Origin: Myxococcota bacterium | GTDB lineage: Bacteria > Myxococcota_A > UBA9160 > SZUA-336 | Length of the DNA stretch: 64,000 nucleotides | Assembly: GCA_044450765.1 (NCBI GenBank) | Contig: JBIOJK010000001.1 | Coordinates: 36,092 to 100,091, forward strand | Direction of reading: 5' to 3' | Part shown: in pieces, positions 27,336 to 36,816 of the stretch | How the letters are laid out: every line of letters starts with the position of its first letter | How positions within the stretch are numbered: the first letter of the stretch is position 1 | Notes under the pieces: generated by a model | Seen by the model: only the letters and a program-made list of their open reading frames with translations | What the model was told of the DNA's origin: nothing | Database searches by the model: none | Position numbers and translations under genes: made by a program

Positions 27336-28550
27336 ATGGCAGCTGAAGCCCCTCGAAATCTGCGCGACGAGCTCGCGGCGCTGCGCATCGACCGCAGCGC
27401 GCCTGCGGCGAAGAAGCCGTCTCGGCGTCCGCCGGCGCGGTGGCTCGCGCTCGGCGGAGCGATCGCGCTGGCGCTGCTCGTACTGCTGGCGTGGCTCGCG
27501 GTCGGCGGGCCGAAGCCCGTCTCGATCGCCTACGCGACGCGCGTCGAAGCGGGCGGCGCCGCGCCCTCGGTGCCGGTGCTCTCGGGCTCGGGGTACGTCG
27601 TCACGGCCGACAAGTACATCTCGATCGGAGTGCGCATTCCCGGCCGCATCGAGAAGTTCTTCGTCGACGAATCCGACCGCGTGAAGACCGGCGACCCGCT
27701 CGTGCAGCTCGACGACCGCGACTACCGGGCCGCTCTCGAGAGTCAGAAGGCGAAGCTCGCGGTGGTGCACGCGAACACCGATCTGCACCGGATCCAGCTC
27801 GAGCGCGAGCGCAAGCTGCGCGCGGCCAACTACGCGTCGCAGGCCGAGCTCGACGCCGCCGAGACACAGCTGCGCGTCGACCAGGCGCAGACCACGGAGC
27901 TCGAGGCCGAGATCGCGCAGTCACAGGTCAACCTCGACTACACGCTCCTGCGCGCCCCGGCCGACGGCGTGATCCTCGCCAAGCTGAAGGAGACCGGTGA
28001 GATGGCCGTGCCCGGCGGCTTCGCGGGCTCGGGCGATCTGATCCGGATGGCGAACCTCAGCGACTTGCGCGCCGAGGTCGACGTCTCCGAAGCGGACCTC
28101 TCGCGCGTGCACCTCGGCCAGCCCGCGGTCGTGGTGCCCGACGCGTACTCCGACCACAAGTACGACGCCAAGGTCGTGAAGCTCTACCCGCAGGTGAATC
28201 GCTCGAAGGGCACGCTCAAGATCGAGGTCGCGATCCCGAAGCCCGACGAGCTGCTGCTCCCCGACATGAGCGTGCGCATCCAGTTCCTCGCCGGCGCGGA
28301 GCCCGCGCGCGAGAACGGCCCGGCGCTCGTGCTCGCCCCGCGCAGCGCGGTGCGGAGTGACTCATCGGGCAGCTTCGCCTGGGTCGTCAGCGACGGCCGC
28401 CTGCGCCGCAAGTCACTGCGCGCCGGAGCCGAGCGCGGCGATCAGCTCGAGATCGCGGAAGGCCTCGCCGGCGGCGAAGCGCTGGTGATCGGCGACGCGG
28501 CGGGTCTCTCCGAGGGCCAGCGGGTCAAGGCGGAGCCGGCGGCGCACTGA
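27336..28550 (+). CDS. HlyD-family periplasmic adaptor (membrane fusion protein)
   Basis: 404 aa; N-terminal TM anchor, coiled-coil (Gln/Ala/Glu/Leu-rich), C-terminal beta-barrel. Confidence 0.8.
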   Translation: MAAEAPRNLRDELAALRIDRSAPAAKKPSRRPPARWLALGGAIALALLVLLAWLAVGGPKPVSIAYATRVEAGGAAPSVPVLSGSGYVVTADKYISIGVRIPGRIEKFFVDESDRVKTGDPLVQLDDRDYRAALESQKAKLAVVHANTDLHRIQLERERKLRAANYASQAELDAAETQLRVDQAQTTELEAEIAQSQVNLDYTLLRAPADGVILAKLKETGEMAVPGGFAGSGDLIRMANLSDLRAEVDVSEADLSRVHLGQPAVVVPDAYSDHKYDAKVVKLYPQVNRSKGTLKIEVAIPKPDELLLPDMSVRIQFLAGAEPARENGPALVLAPRSAVRSDSSGSFAWVVSDGRLRRKSLRAGAERGDQLEIAEGLAGGEALVIGDAAGLSEGQRVKAEPAAH

Positions 28551-28552
28551 GC

Positions 28553-28972
28553 TCAGCCGCCCAAATGCACCACGAGCGACCGCTCGCTCGGCCGGCGGCG
28601 GTGCTCCCAGAGATACACGCCCTGCCAGGCGCCGAGCGCGAGGCGGCCGCCCACGATCGGAATCGAGAGCGACGTCGCAGTGAGCGCTGCGCGCACGTGC
28701 GCGGGCATGTCGTCGGGTCCCTCCGTCGTGTGCCGGTAGAGCGGGTCGCCTTCGGGCACGAGCCGCGCGAGGAACGCCTCGAGGTCGCGGCGCGCCGAGG
28801 GGTCCGCGTTCTCCTGAATCACGAGGCTCGCCGACGTGTGGCGCAGGAAGATCGTGCACAGCCCGCTCGCGTGGCCGGACTCGCGCGCGAACTCGCGCAC
28901 CAGCGACTCGATCTCGGCAGTCACTTCGTGCAAGCCCTGGCCAGCGGGCGAGACCAGGAGCTCGCGCACCAC
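28553..28972 (-). CDS. YjbQ/UPF0047 family protein
   Basis: About 139 aa from GTG directly after the TerC stop; motifs HTSASL, DDMPAHV, GAWQGVYLWEHRR match YjbQ. Confidence 0.75.
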   Translation of the reverse strand: MVRELLVSPAGQGLHEVTAEIESLVREFARESGHASGLCTIFLRHTSASLVIQENADPSARRDLEAFLARLVPEGDPLYRHTTEGPDDMPAHVRAALTATSLSIPIVGGRLALGAWQGVYLWEHRRRPSERSLVVHLGG

Positions 28973-28974
28973 GG

Positions 28975-30222
28975 CTAGCGGCTGCCGGACCCGCGGCGCA
29001 GCGCGCTGGAGACCGCGGAAGCCGCCGTCGAAGCCGAGTCGCGGACGCGCATCAGCAGGCGCCGCGCCCACAGGAACTCGCTGGCCAGGATCGCCAGCCC
29101 CGCGGGCGCGACGATCAGCCCGGGGCCCGGCAGCACGAGCATGGCGACGCCGAGCAGGAGCACGGTCCCGCCGACGACGAGCGCGATCATGCGGCGCGCC
29201 GCGCGCAGGGTGAGTCGCGCGAGCGCCTCGAGCTCCGCGGGCGCGACGGGCGACCCGAGCCGCGCCGAGTCGCGCCGCGAGCCGATCACGGACGCGATCG
29301 CGCCGACGCTGAGGATCCCGAGGATCACCGCGAGCGACGCGCCGTTGGGGATCACGATGTGGTGCTCCAGAATCATCTTCACGCCGACGAAAGCGAGCAA
29401 CAGCACCAGGCTCGCCTTCATGTAGCGGAAGTGCTCGATCATCGGCGCCAGCGCAAAATACAGGCTGCGCAATCCGAGCACCGCGAACACGTTGGAGCTG
29501 AAGACCAGGAACGGGTGACTCGTGACTGCGAAGATGGCCGGGATCGAGTCGACCGCGAACATGACGTCCGAGGTCTCGACGAACACCAACACCACGAGGA
29601 GCCGCGTTGCGATGCGCTTGCCCGCCTGCACGATGAAGAACTTGTGCTCGACGAAGTCGTCGTGCACCGGATACAGCTTGCAGATCCCCTTGTAGATCTT
29701 GCTGTCGGTGGGAGTCATGTTCTCGTCGCCGGAGACCAGCATGCGCGCGGCCGAGACGATCAAGAGCGCCCCGAAGAAGTACGAGACCCACGCGAAGTGC
29801 GCGAGCAGGGCGGCGCCGGCGCCGATCATGAGCCCGCGAAAGACCAGCGCCCCGAGCACGCCCCAGTACAGCACGCGGTGCTGGTAGGCGAGCGGAACGC
29901 GGAAGTAACTGAAGATCAGCGCGATCACGACCACGTTGTCGAGCGACAGCGAGTACTCGACGACGTAGCCGGTCAGATACTGGAGCACCGCGTGGTGACC
30001 GTCGAGCTTCTGCGGCGCGTTGCTCGCGATGCCCGCCCAGTCGTGCTCGAAGAGCGCGTACACCGCGCCGCTGAACGCGAGCGAGAGCGAGACGTAGAAG
30101 AGCGTCCAGGCCAACGCTTCGCGCGTGCTGATCACCCGCGGCGTCTTGTTGAAGACGCCGAGGTCGATGGCCAGGAAGAAGAGGATCAGCGCCAGAAATC
30201 CGGCCCAGATCAGCAACGCCAT
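28975..30222 (-). CDS. TerC family integral membrane protein (Alx/MntP-associated family) with C-terminal PGPG extension
   Basis: 415 aa, multiple TM helices; conserved acidic pairs in helices (DNVVVIA, ETSDVMFAVDSIPA); preceded by a 320-nt non-coding leader. Confidence 0.8.
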   Translation of the reverse strand: MALLIWAGFLALILFFLAIDLGVFNKTPRVISTREALAWTLFYVSLSLAFSGAVYALFEHDWAGIASNAPQKLDGHHAVLQYLTGYVVEYSLSLDNVVVIALIFSYFRVPLAYQHRVLYWGVLGALVFRGLMIGAGAALLAHFAWVSYFFGALLIVSAARMLVSGDENMTPTDSKIYKGICKLYPVHDDFVEHKFFIVQAGKRIATRLLVVLVFVETSDVMFAVDSIPAIFAVTSHPFLVFSSNVFAVLGLRSLYFALAPMIEHFRYMKASLVLLLAFVGVKMILEHHIVIPNGASLAVILGILSVGAIASVIGSRRDSARLGSPVAPAELEALARLTLRAARRMIALVVGGTVLLLGVAMLVLPGPGLIVAPAGLAILASEFLWARRLLMRVRDSASTAASAVSSALRRGSGSR

Positions 30223-30542
30223 TGCGGTCAGTGCTCCCCGCCGCCGCGAATCGGCGCCTCGCGCAGCGCCCGACTAAGCTCCTCGAAGCGGCGCGCGCGC
30301 GCAACCCGTCGCCGCGTCTCGGCGTCGGCGAAGGTGCGGCGGATCACCTCGTCTCGGCGGCGCGCCGCGAGCCCGGGCAGGAACGCCGCCTCGCGCAGCC
30401 GCTTCATCAGCGTGCCGCTCCGACCAAACGCATCGCCCTCTCCATCGCGCCCCGCGCGTTCAGCGCCGAGCCGGACGCCGGCGGCCAGCTCGCCCAGCAC
30501 GGCCGCAAGGCTCGGTGCTCCCCGTTGTCCGAGGCCGCTCGG
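30223..30542 (-). ncRNA. candidate structured 5' leader of terC (possible yybP-ykoY/Mn riboswitch-like element), unverified
   Basis: 320-nt gap upstream of a TerC gene; contains GGGGAGCAC twice on the sense strand (one at the 5' end, one 11 nt before the ATG) and CGCCGAGACG direct repeats; no covariance model run. Confidence 0.2.
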
Positions 30543-31682
30543 CTAGCGCTCGTCGATCGGGACGTAGACCTCGCCCGTCGGGCCGACATACTTGCCGCGC
30601 GGGCGGTAGATCCGGTTGTTCTGGTACTGCTCGAGCACGTGGGCGCACCAGCCAGAGATGCGGCTGGTCGCGAACACGGGCGTGAACAGGTCGATCGGGA
30701 TGCCCATGCTGTAGTAGACCGAGGCCGAGTAGAAGTCGACGTTGGGAATCAGTCCCTTCTTCTTCTGCATCAGCTCCTCGAGCCGCGCGCTCATTTCGTA
30801 CAGCTCGGGGTGGCCGTTCTCGCGCGTGATCTCCTGACTCATGCTCTTCAAGATCTTCGCGCGCGGGTCGCCTTCCTTGTACACGCGGTGCCCGAAGCCC
30901 ATCACCTTCTCGCCGGACTTCAAGTGATTCTCGAGCCAGCCCTCGAGGCGCTCGGGCGACTTGATCTCGAGCAGCATGCGCGCGACCTGTTCGTTCGCCC
31001 CGCCGTGCAGCGGGCCCTTCAGCGTGCCGATCGCGGCCATGATGCTCGAGTACAGGCCGGAGAGCGTGCTCGAAGTGACTCGCGCCGAGAACGCGGACGC
31101 GTTCAGCTCGTGGTCGGCGTGGAGGATGAGACACGTGTCGAAGCGGCGGACCGTCTGCTCGTCCGGCTCCTCGCCCTTCAGCATGTACAGGAAGTTCCAG
31201 GCGATCGACTTCTCGGGCAGCGGCTGCAGCGGCCACTGTCCGCTGCGCACGCGCTGGTACGCCGCGACGATCGTGCCGACGCGCGCCGAGAGCCGGGTCG
31301 ACTTGCGCAGGGTCGCGGCGGCGTTCACCAGGTTCGCGTCGGGGTCGTGCAGCGTGAGTCCCGCGATCACCGCGTGCAGGAAGTCCATCGGGTGCACGCG
31401 CGTCGGCAGGCCGTGGAACCAGCCGAAGGACTCCGGCGGCAGCGCCATGCTGTGGCGCAGGTCGGTGCAGAACTCGTCCAGCTCGCGGCGCGTCGGCAGC
31501 CAGCCGTACCAGAGCAGATACACGACTTCTTCGAAGCTCGCGTTCGCCGCGAGGTCCTCGATCGTGTAGCCGCGGAACAAGAGCGTCGAGCCCTCGATCG
31601 CGCTGATCGACGTCGTGCACGTCACGACGCCCTCGAGGCCGCGGTCCAACGCGCCCTCGTATTCCTGTGCCTGCTCGTTCAC
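30543..31682 (-). CDS. gltA: citrate synthase (small, type I/2-methylcitrate synthase-like)
   Basis: 379 aa; catalytic His/Asp context GFGHRVYK, LHADHE; GTG start. Confidence 0.9.
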   Translation of the reverse strand: MNEQAQEYEGALDRGLEGVVTCTTSISAIEGSTLLFRGYTIEDLAANASFEEVVYLLWYGWLPTRRELDEFCTDLRHSMALPPESFGWFHGLPTRVHPMDFLHAVIAGLTLHDPDANLVNAAATLRKSTRLSARVGTIVAAYQRVRSGQWPLQPLPEKSIAWNFLYMLKGEEPDEQTVRRFDTCLILHADHELNASAFSARVTSSTLSGLYSSIMAAIGTLKGPLHGGANEQVARMLLEIKSPERLEGWLENHLKSGEKVMGFGHRVYKEGDPRAKILKSMSQEITRENGHPELYEMSARLEELMQKKKGLIPNVDFYSASVYYSMGIPIDLFTPVFATSRISGWCAHVLEQYQNNRIYRPRGKYVGPTGEVYVPIDER

Positions 31683-32257
31683 GCTCGTCTCCCCTGCCGC
31701 TCTCGTCCCCGCGACTTATGAGACCGCAACTCCCGATTCCCCGCCAGCGCCGCGTCGATGCGCCGCTGCAGGTACGGCGAGAAGTACCCGGCGTATCGCT
31801 TCCAGAGCTCCGGGCGGCTCCAGTCCTCGCCCGTCACCGAGCCGCGACACGTCCCCGCGCCGCAGCCGCACGGGAACTGGTCGTACGGCGTCCCGTCGCT
31901 CATGGCGTAGTCGAAGCAGATCTCCTCGCCCGGCTCGAGCCGCCGCATCGCCACCAGGCTGATCTGTCCGCGAAGTCCGCAGTTGGGATCGCACGAGTGG
32001 TTCACCCAGTCGGCCGCGCCGTCGCGACCCGAGACGAGATACAGGTCCTCCTCGACCTGGAGCGTGAGCAGGCGCTCGGCCGGCGAGAGCTCGGCGAGCT
32101 TCGCCGCCGGCACGACCTCGCCGCCGAACACGACCACGACCTCGCCCGGCTCGACCGCCTCGCGCGCGACCAGGGTGCGCCCCCCCTTGCCTTCGATGCG
32201 GCGGCCTTCGAGCTTCGGTGAGTGATACGAAGTGGGTTGCGCGACCACGTCCCGCAT
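31679..32257 (-). CDS. SET-domain protein-lysine N-methyltransferase
   Basis: 192 aa from ATG 32257 (MRDVVAQPTS); SET signatures NHSCDPNC, FDY, post-SET Cys cluster CGCGAGTCRG; stop overlaps the citrate synthase GTG start (GTGA). Confidence 0.7.
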   Translation of the reverse strand: MRDVVAQPTSYHSPKLEGRRIEGKGGRTLVAREAVEPGEVVVVFGGEVVPAAKLAELSPAERLLTLQVEEDLYLVSGRDGAADWVNHSCDPNCGLRGQISLVAMRRLEPGEEICFDYAMSDGTPYDQFPCGCGAGTCRGSVTGEDWSRPELWKRYAGYFSPYLQRRIDAALAGNRELRSHKSRGRERQGRRA

Positions 32258-32304
32258 CCTAGGAGACCGGCGACCCGGCGCGCCAGTCGTGCGAGAATTT
32301 CGCC

Positions 32305-33072
32305 ATGCCCGAGGGCGACAGCGAGCTGCGCGAAATCGCCGGTTGGATCCGCGCGGCACAGCGCGTGACCGTGCTGACGGGCGCCGGCATCTCGACCGAG
32401 TCCGGGATTCCCGACTTCCGCGGGCCGCAGGGTGTCTGGACCAAGAACCCGGGCGCCGAAAAGATGGCGACCCTGTCGCACTACGTGAGCGACAAGGCGG
32501 TGCGCGAGCGCGCCTGGCGCAGCCGGCTCGAGTCTCCCGCGTGGAGCGCGCAGCCGAACGACGGTCACCGCGCGCTGGTGCGGCTCGAGCGCGCGGGCAA
32601 TCTGCACCTGCTGGTCACGCAGAACGTCGACGGGCTGCACCTCGCGGCGGGCACCTCGCCGGGGAAGCTGGTCGAGATTCACGGCTGCCTGCGCGAGGTG
32701 GTGTGTCTGGACTGCGGCGAGCGCGCGCCGATGGAGCGCGCGCTCGCGCGCGTGCGCGCCGGCGAAGCCGACCCGGCCTGCCGGAGCTGCGGGGGGATCC
32801 TGAAGTCCGCGACGATCTCGTTCGGGCAGAACCTCGTGACCCACGACCTGCAGCGCGCCGAGCGAGCCGCCGCCGAGTCCGACCTGATGCTCGCAGTGGG
32901 CAGCACCCTGTCCGTGTTTCCGATCGCCGGGGTGGTGCCGATCGCGAAGCGCAGCGGCGCGCGCGTCGTGATCGTGAACGCCGAGCCGACCGAGATGGAC
33001 GAGCTGGCCGACGCCGTGATCCGCGGGCCGATCGGCCAGATCCTGCCGCGGCTCGTCGGTGCCGATGCCTGA
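32305..33072 (+). CDS. cobB: NAD-dependent protein deacylase, Sir2 family
   Basis: GAGISTESGIPDFRG, QNVDGLH, catalytic HG, zinc ribbon CLDCG...CRSCGG. Confidence 0.85.
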   Translation: MPEGDSELREIAGWIRAAQRVTVLTGAGISTESGIPDFRGPQGVWTKNPGAEKMATLSHYVSDKAVRERAWRSRLESPAWSAQPNDGHRALVRLERAGNLHLLVTQNVDGLHLAAGTSPGKLVEIHGCLREVVCLDCGERAPMERALARVRAGEADPACRSCGGILKSATISFGQNLVTHDLQRAERAAAESDLMLAVGSTLSVFPIAGVVPIAKRSGARVVIVNAEPTEMDELADAVIRGPIGQILPRLVGADA

Positions 33073-33087
33073 TCGGCGAGTGACTCG

Positions 33088-34167
33088 GTGACGCTGCTCG
33101 CGCTCGAGGTCAGCTCGGCCGCCGGCCGGCCGCCGCTGGGCGGCGTCGGCGGCACGATCCGCGGCATGGTCGGCGCGCTGCTCGCGGACGACCCGGGGAC
33201 CGACTACGCGCTCTGCACGCGCCTCTCCCGCTGGCGTCGGCCGGATCACTGGCGCCCCGCGGCACCGAACGCGCGGGTGCGCTTCATCGCCGACCCGCTG
33301 AACGGTCTGATCCTGCGCGGCGCGAAGCTGTTTCACGCCATGAGCATCTTCGTGCCGAGCACCCCGCGCGTCCCCAAGCTCGTCACGATCCACGACTTGA
33401 ACGCGGTGCGAAACACCGAGTGGGTCAGTGAGCACTGGCACGAGCGGCGCGGCGGAAAGATCGCGGATGCGGTCGCGCGCGCGGACCACGTGGTGACCTA
33501 CAGCGCGTTCACCGCGGGCGAGGTCTGCGAAGAGTACGGCATCCCGAGCGAGCGCGTGCACCCCGTGCACCTCGGCGTCGACTGCGAGCGCTTCCGGCCC
33601 GCGTCGAGCGACGCGATCGCGAAGCTGCGCGGCGAGCACGGTGACTACGTGATCTCGATCGGCCTGCTCTCGCGGCGCAAGAACTTCCCCGCGCTGATCG
33701 CGGCGCTCGCCCAGCTCCCGGAGCTGCGGCTCGTGCTGGTCGGGCGCGGCAGCGACGGCGAAGTCGAGGTCGAGGCGGCGCTCGACCGGACCGGCATGCG
33801 CGCGCGCACGACTCGCCTGGTCGGTCTGCCGGAGGCGGAGCTCGTGGCGCTGATCGGCGCTGCGCGCGTCTGCGCGGTGCCGAGCCTGTACGAGGGCTTC
33901 GGACTCACGGTGCTCGAGGCGATGGCCTGCGGCACGCCGGTGGTCTGCTCGCGCGCCGCATCGCTGCCCGAGGCAGCCGGCGATGCGGCGCTGCTGGTGG
34001 ACGCGCGCTCGGCCGACGCGCTCGCCGATGCGCTGCGCCGCGCGGCGAGTGACTCTCGGCTCGCCGCGGAGCTCTCCGCGCGCGGCCTCGCGCGCGCGCG
34101 CACGATGTCGTGGACCGCGTCGGCGCGCCGACTCCGCGCGCGGTATCGCGCGGTCGCCGGCGCCTAG
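33088..34167 (+). CDS. glycosyltransferase family 4
   Basis: EGFGLTVLEAMACGTPVV (EX7E region) and GT-B C-terminal pattern; GTG start. Confidence 0.8.
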   Translation: MTLLALEVSSAAGRPPLGGVGGTIRGMVGALLADDPGTDYALCTRLSRWRRPDHWRPAAPNARVRFIADPLNGLILRGAKLFHAMSIFVPSTPRVPKLVTIHDLNAVRNTEWVSEHWHERRGGKIADAVARADHVVTYSAFTAGEVCEEYGIPSERVHPVHLGVDCERFRPASSDAIAKLRGEHGDYVISIGLLSRRKNFPALIAALAQLPELRLVLVGRGSDGEVEVEAALDRTGMRARTTRLVGLPEAELVALIGAARVCAVPSLYEGFGLTVLEAMACGTPVVCSRAASLPEAAGDAALLVDARSADALADALRRAASDSRLAAELSARGLARARTMSWTASARRLRARYRAVAGA

Positions 34168-34910
34168 CCGCGCGCGCCGAAGCGGTTCCCCGACTCGTAG
34201 CGGCGCAGGCCGAGCGCGAACACGGCGGCCGCGAGCCCCCACCAGCCGACCGCCGCCGCGATCGCGCCGAGACACAAAACGGGGCTCGGGTTGCGCACGA
34301 CCTCGACGGGCAGAAAGCCGACGAAGCCCGCGGGCAAGAGCGTGTACAAAAGCACGGAGATCCCGCCCGCGAACAGCGGTCGCGGATAAAGCGCGAACGT
34401 CAGCGTGAACTCCCAGAGCTGGCGGGAGAGCTGCTCCACGTCGCCGAGCCAGAACGCCAAGCTCTGGAAGAGGACACCGACCGCGGTGAACGTGGCGCCG
34501 CTCGCGGCGATCGCGAGCAAGCTGAGCGGAATCTGCGCCGGCCCGAGGCGGCCCGCGAGCGCCAGCATCCCGACTCCCGCCGCAAGGTCGCCCCAGCCCG
34601 CCGCGTTGCTCGCCGAGCCGACCGCGTGGAGCAGGACGGGCTTCGGTTGTACGAGCAGCGGGTCGAGCTCGCCGTCGGCGATCATGCGCGCGAGCCGCCG
34701 CGCGCCGCCGCCGAACACGATCGAGAGGCCGAAGCCCGACGCGACGACACCGAAGAGTGTCATCATGTCCGCGAGTCGCCAGCCGCCGATCTCGCGGAAG
34801 CGCGCGAACAGGATCCACCAGGTCGAGAAGAACGCCAGGTTGTTCCCGACCATGAACGCGGCCTGCAGCCAGAACGCGCCGCGCAGCGCGAGGCTCGCGC
34901 GCAGGTTCAT
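34164..34910 (-). CDS. ABC-2 family transporter permease
   Basis: 248 aa from ATG 34910 (MNLRASL); six hydrophobic segments; downstream of an ABC ATPase and another ABC-2 permease. Confidence 0.6.
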   Translation of the reverse strand: MNLRASLALRGAFWLQAAFMVGNNLAFFSTWWILFARFREIGGWRLADMMTLFGVVASGFGLSIVFGGGARRLARMIADGELDPLLVQPKPVLLHAVGSASNAAGWGDLAAGVGMLALAGRLGPAQIPLSLLAIAASGATFTAVGVLFQSLAFWLGDVEQLSRQLWEFTLTFALYPRPLFAGGISVLLYTLLPAGFVGFLPVEVVRNPSPVLCLGAIAAAVGWWGLAAAVFALGLRRYESGNRFGARG

Positions 34911-34960
34911 CGCGACGAGCGCGCGTGCGAAGCGCAGCGTCGATCGAGGATTCGCCACGT

Positions 34961-35767
34961 CTAACCTCCGTTCACCGTGAGCCGCGCGCGGGCGCGCGCC
35001 GACAGCCACGCGAGCAGCGCGGAAAGCAGACCCAGCCAGACCGCCCCTGCGAGCGCGCTCGCCAGCGCCGCGCCCGGCGCGAAGCCGAGCGCCATGCGCC
35101 CCGGCGCCCAGCACATCAGCGGAAACGGCGAGAGCTGTGCGATCCGGCGCAGCCAATCGGGGTACAGCTCGAGCGGAAACAGCAGCCCGCCCAGCACGAA
35201 CATCAGCTTCTGCCAGATCCAGAAGAACGGGCTGGTGTCGACGATCCAGAACGCGGACATGCCGATCGCCGCCATACACAGAACTGCGACGGCCGTCGCG
35301 ACCAGGCCGAGCGGGAGGGCGAGCCACAGCCCGCGCGGGTCCGCCGGCAATCCGCCCGAGAGCGCGAACGCCGCGAGCGCGGCGCACGGCGCGAGCACGG
35401 CGAGCCGCACCGCGGCCTCGCCCGCCGCCTCGGCGATCTGCGCGCCGACGTAACCGACCGGACGCACGAGCCGGCACGCGACGTCGCCGGAGCGCACCTC
35501 CGCCTCGATCGCCAGAAACACCGCCGGCGTCGAGAGCACTGCCCACTCCGTGACGGCGAGATACCAGATCAGCTCGCGCGGGCCGACCCCGGGCAGCGCG
35601 TCGCGCGCGCCGATGGCAGCCCAGATGCGCGAGAACGCGAACAGGATCACGCCGAGAAACACGACCCGGCCGGCGAGCACCGTGCGCTCCGCCAGCGCGC
35701 GGCGCGCGGCCGCCCGCGCGAACGCGAGATATTTTCCGCTCGCCCGCAACAGTCTCGAGCGAGTCAT
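34961..35767 (-). CDS. ABC-2 family transporter permease
   Basis: 268 aa from ATG 35767 (MTRSRLL); multiple hydrophobic helices; ATG overlaps ATPase stop (ATGA). Confidence 0.6.
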   Translation of the reverse strand: MTRSRLLRASGKYLAFARAAARRALAERTVLAGRVVFLGVILFAFSRIWAAIGARDALPGVGPRELIWYLAVTEWAVLSTPAVFLAIEAEVRSGDVACRLVRPVGYVGAQIAEAAGEAAVRLAVLAPCAALAAFALSGGLPADPRGLWLALPLGLVATAVAVLCMAAIGMSAFWIVDTSPFFWIWQKLMFVLGGLLFPLELYPDWLRRIAQLSPFPLMCWAPGRMALGFAPGAALASALAGAVWLGLLSALLAWLSARARARLTVNGG

Positions 35768-36765
35768 GCGCCGACCGCCGGCACGCCGGCGCCCGCGTAG
35801 ATGGCAGTCACGATCTCCTCCATCGGCGGATCCTCGACGGACAAGTCCAGGATGTGCGCGCACGCGACGATCTGTGCCACCACCCGGTCGACCCCGACCG
35901 CGCGCAGATCGACCTCGAGCTCGGTGCGGTGCGGCGAGCTCGGCAGACGGCGCACGCCGGGCAGGTCGAGCGCCAATTCGGCCTCCTCGGACACGACCGA
36001 GATTCGCTTGCGCGGGATGAAGCTCTTGCGCAGCGCGTCCACCGGCCGGTCCAGCAGGAGCCGGCCGCGGTGGATCACGAGCACGCGCTCGCAGACCTGT
36101 TCCATGTCGCCCGTGTCGTGCGAGGTGAGCAACACCGTGCAGCCGTCCCGGCGCCCGCGCTCGCGCACAAGGTCGCGAATCGTGGCCTTCGCGACGACGT
36201 CGAGACCGATCGTCGGCTCGTCGAGAAACAGGATCTCGGGCCGGTGCAAGAGACTCGCGACCAGCTCGCAGCGCATGCGCTCGCCGAGCGAGAGCTGGCG
36301 CACGGGCTTCTCGCAGATCTCGGCGATCTCGAATGCCGCCACCAGCTCGCCCCGACGCGCGCGGTACTCGCCGGGCGCGAGCTCGTAGATGCGCGCCAGC
36401 AAATCGAAGGTGTCGATCGCGGGCAAGTGACTCCACAGCTGCGAGCGCTGGCCGAAAACCGCGCCGATGCGGTAGCCCAGCCGGCCGCGATCGCGCCCGG
36501 GCTCGAGCCCGGCCACGCGCACGGTCCCCGCGGTCGGTCGCAGGATCCCCGCGAGCACCTTCAGCGTCGTCGACTTGCCGGCGCCGTTGGGCCCGACGAA
36601 CGCGACTCGCTCGCCGGGCTCGATCGCGAACGAGACGGCGTCGACGGCGACGACCTCGCGCGAGCTGGGCGCGAGCAGCCCGCGCAGGGCGCCCATGACT
36701 CCGCGCGCCCGCTCTCGCACGCGGAAGACTTTCCGCAAGCCATCGAGCTCGATTGCCGCCGACAC
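35764..36765 (-). CDS. ABC transporter ATP-binding protein (ABC-2/DrrA-like)
   Basis: GTG start with GGAGGG 6 nt upstream; Walker A GPNGAGKST, signature LSLGERMRCELV, Walker B LFLDEPTIGLD. Confidence 0.8.
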   Translation of the reverse strand: MSAAIELDGLRKVFRVRERARGVMGALRGLLAPSSREVVAVDAVSFAIEPGERVAFVGPNGAGKSTTLKVLAGILRPTAGTVRVAGLEPGRDRGRLGYRIGAVFGQRSQLWSHLPAIDTFDLLARIYELAPGEYRARRGELVAAFEIAEICEKPVRQLSLGERMRCELVASLLHRPEILFLDEPTIGLDVVAKATIRDLVRERGRRDGCTVLLTSHDTGDMEQVCERVLVIHRGRLLLDRPVDALRKSFIPRKRISVVSEEAELALDLPGVRRLPSSPHRTELEVDLRAVGVDRVVAQIVACAHILDLSVEDPPMEEIVTAIYAGAGVPAVGA

Positions 36766-36816
36766 GTCCGTCCCTCCGAACCGGCAAGCGCGAAGCGCGT
36801 GCCATGAGCCATGAAA

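Noticed and set aside
30228-30500. 90-aa ORF inside the terC leader
   Set aside because: Arg-rich, no motifs; it lies in a region more plausibly acting as a structured non-coding leader.
32002-34818. 938-aa ORF on the minus strand, and similar giants at 24938-27346, 53406-55874, 40441-43170 (5' part) and 28553-30304 (5' part)
   Set aside because: Extremely Arg/Pro/Ala/Gly-rich and low-complexity; they lie antisense or out of frame to genes with clear motifs. These are typical stop-codon-poor artefacts of a 70% GC sequence.
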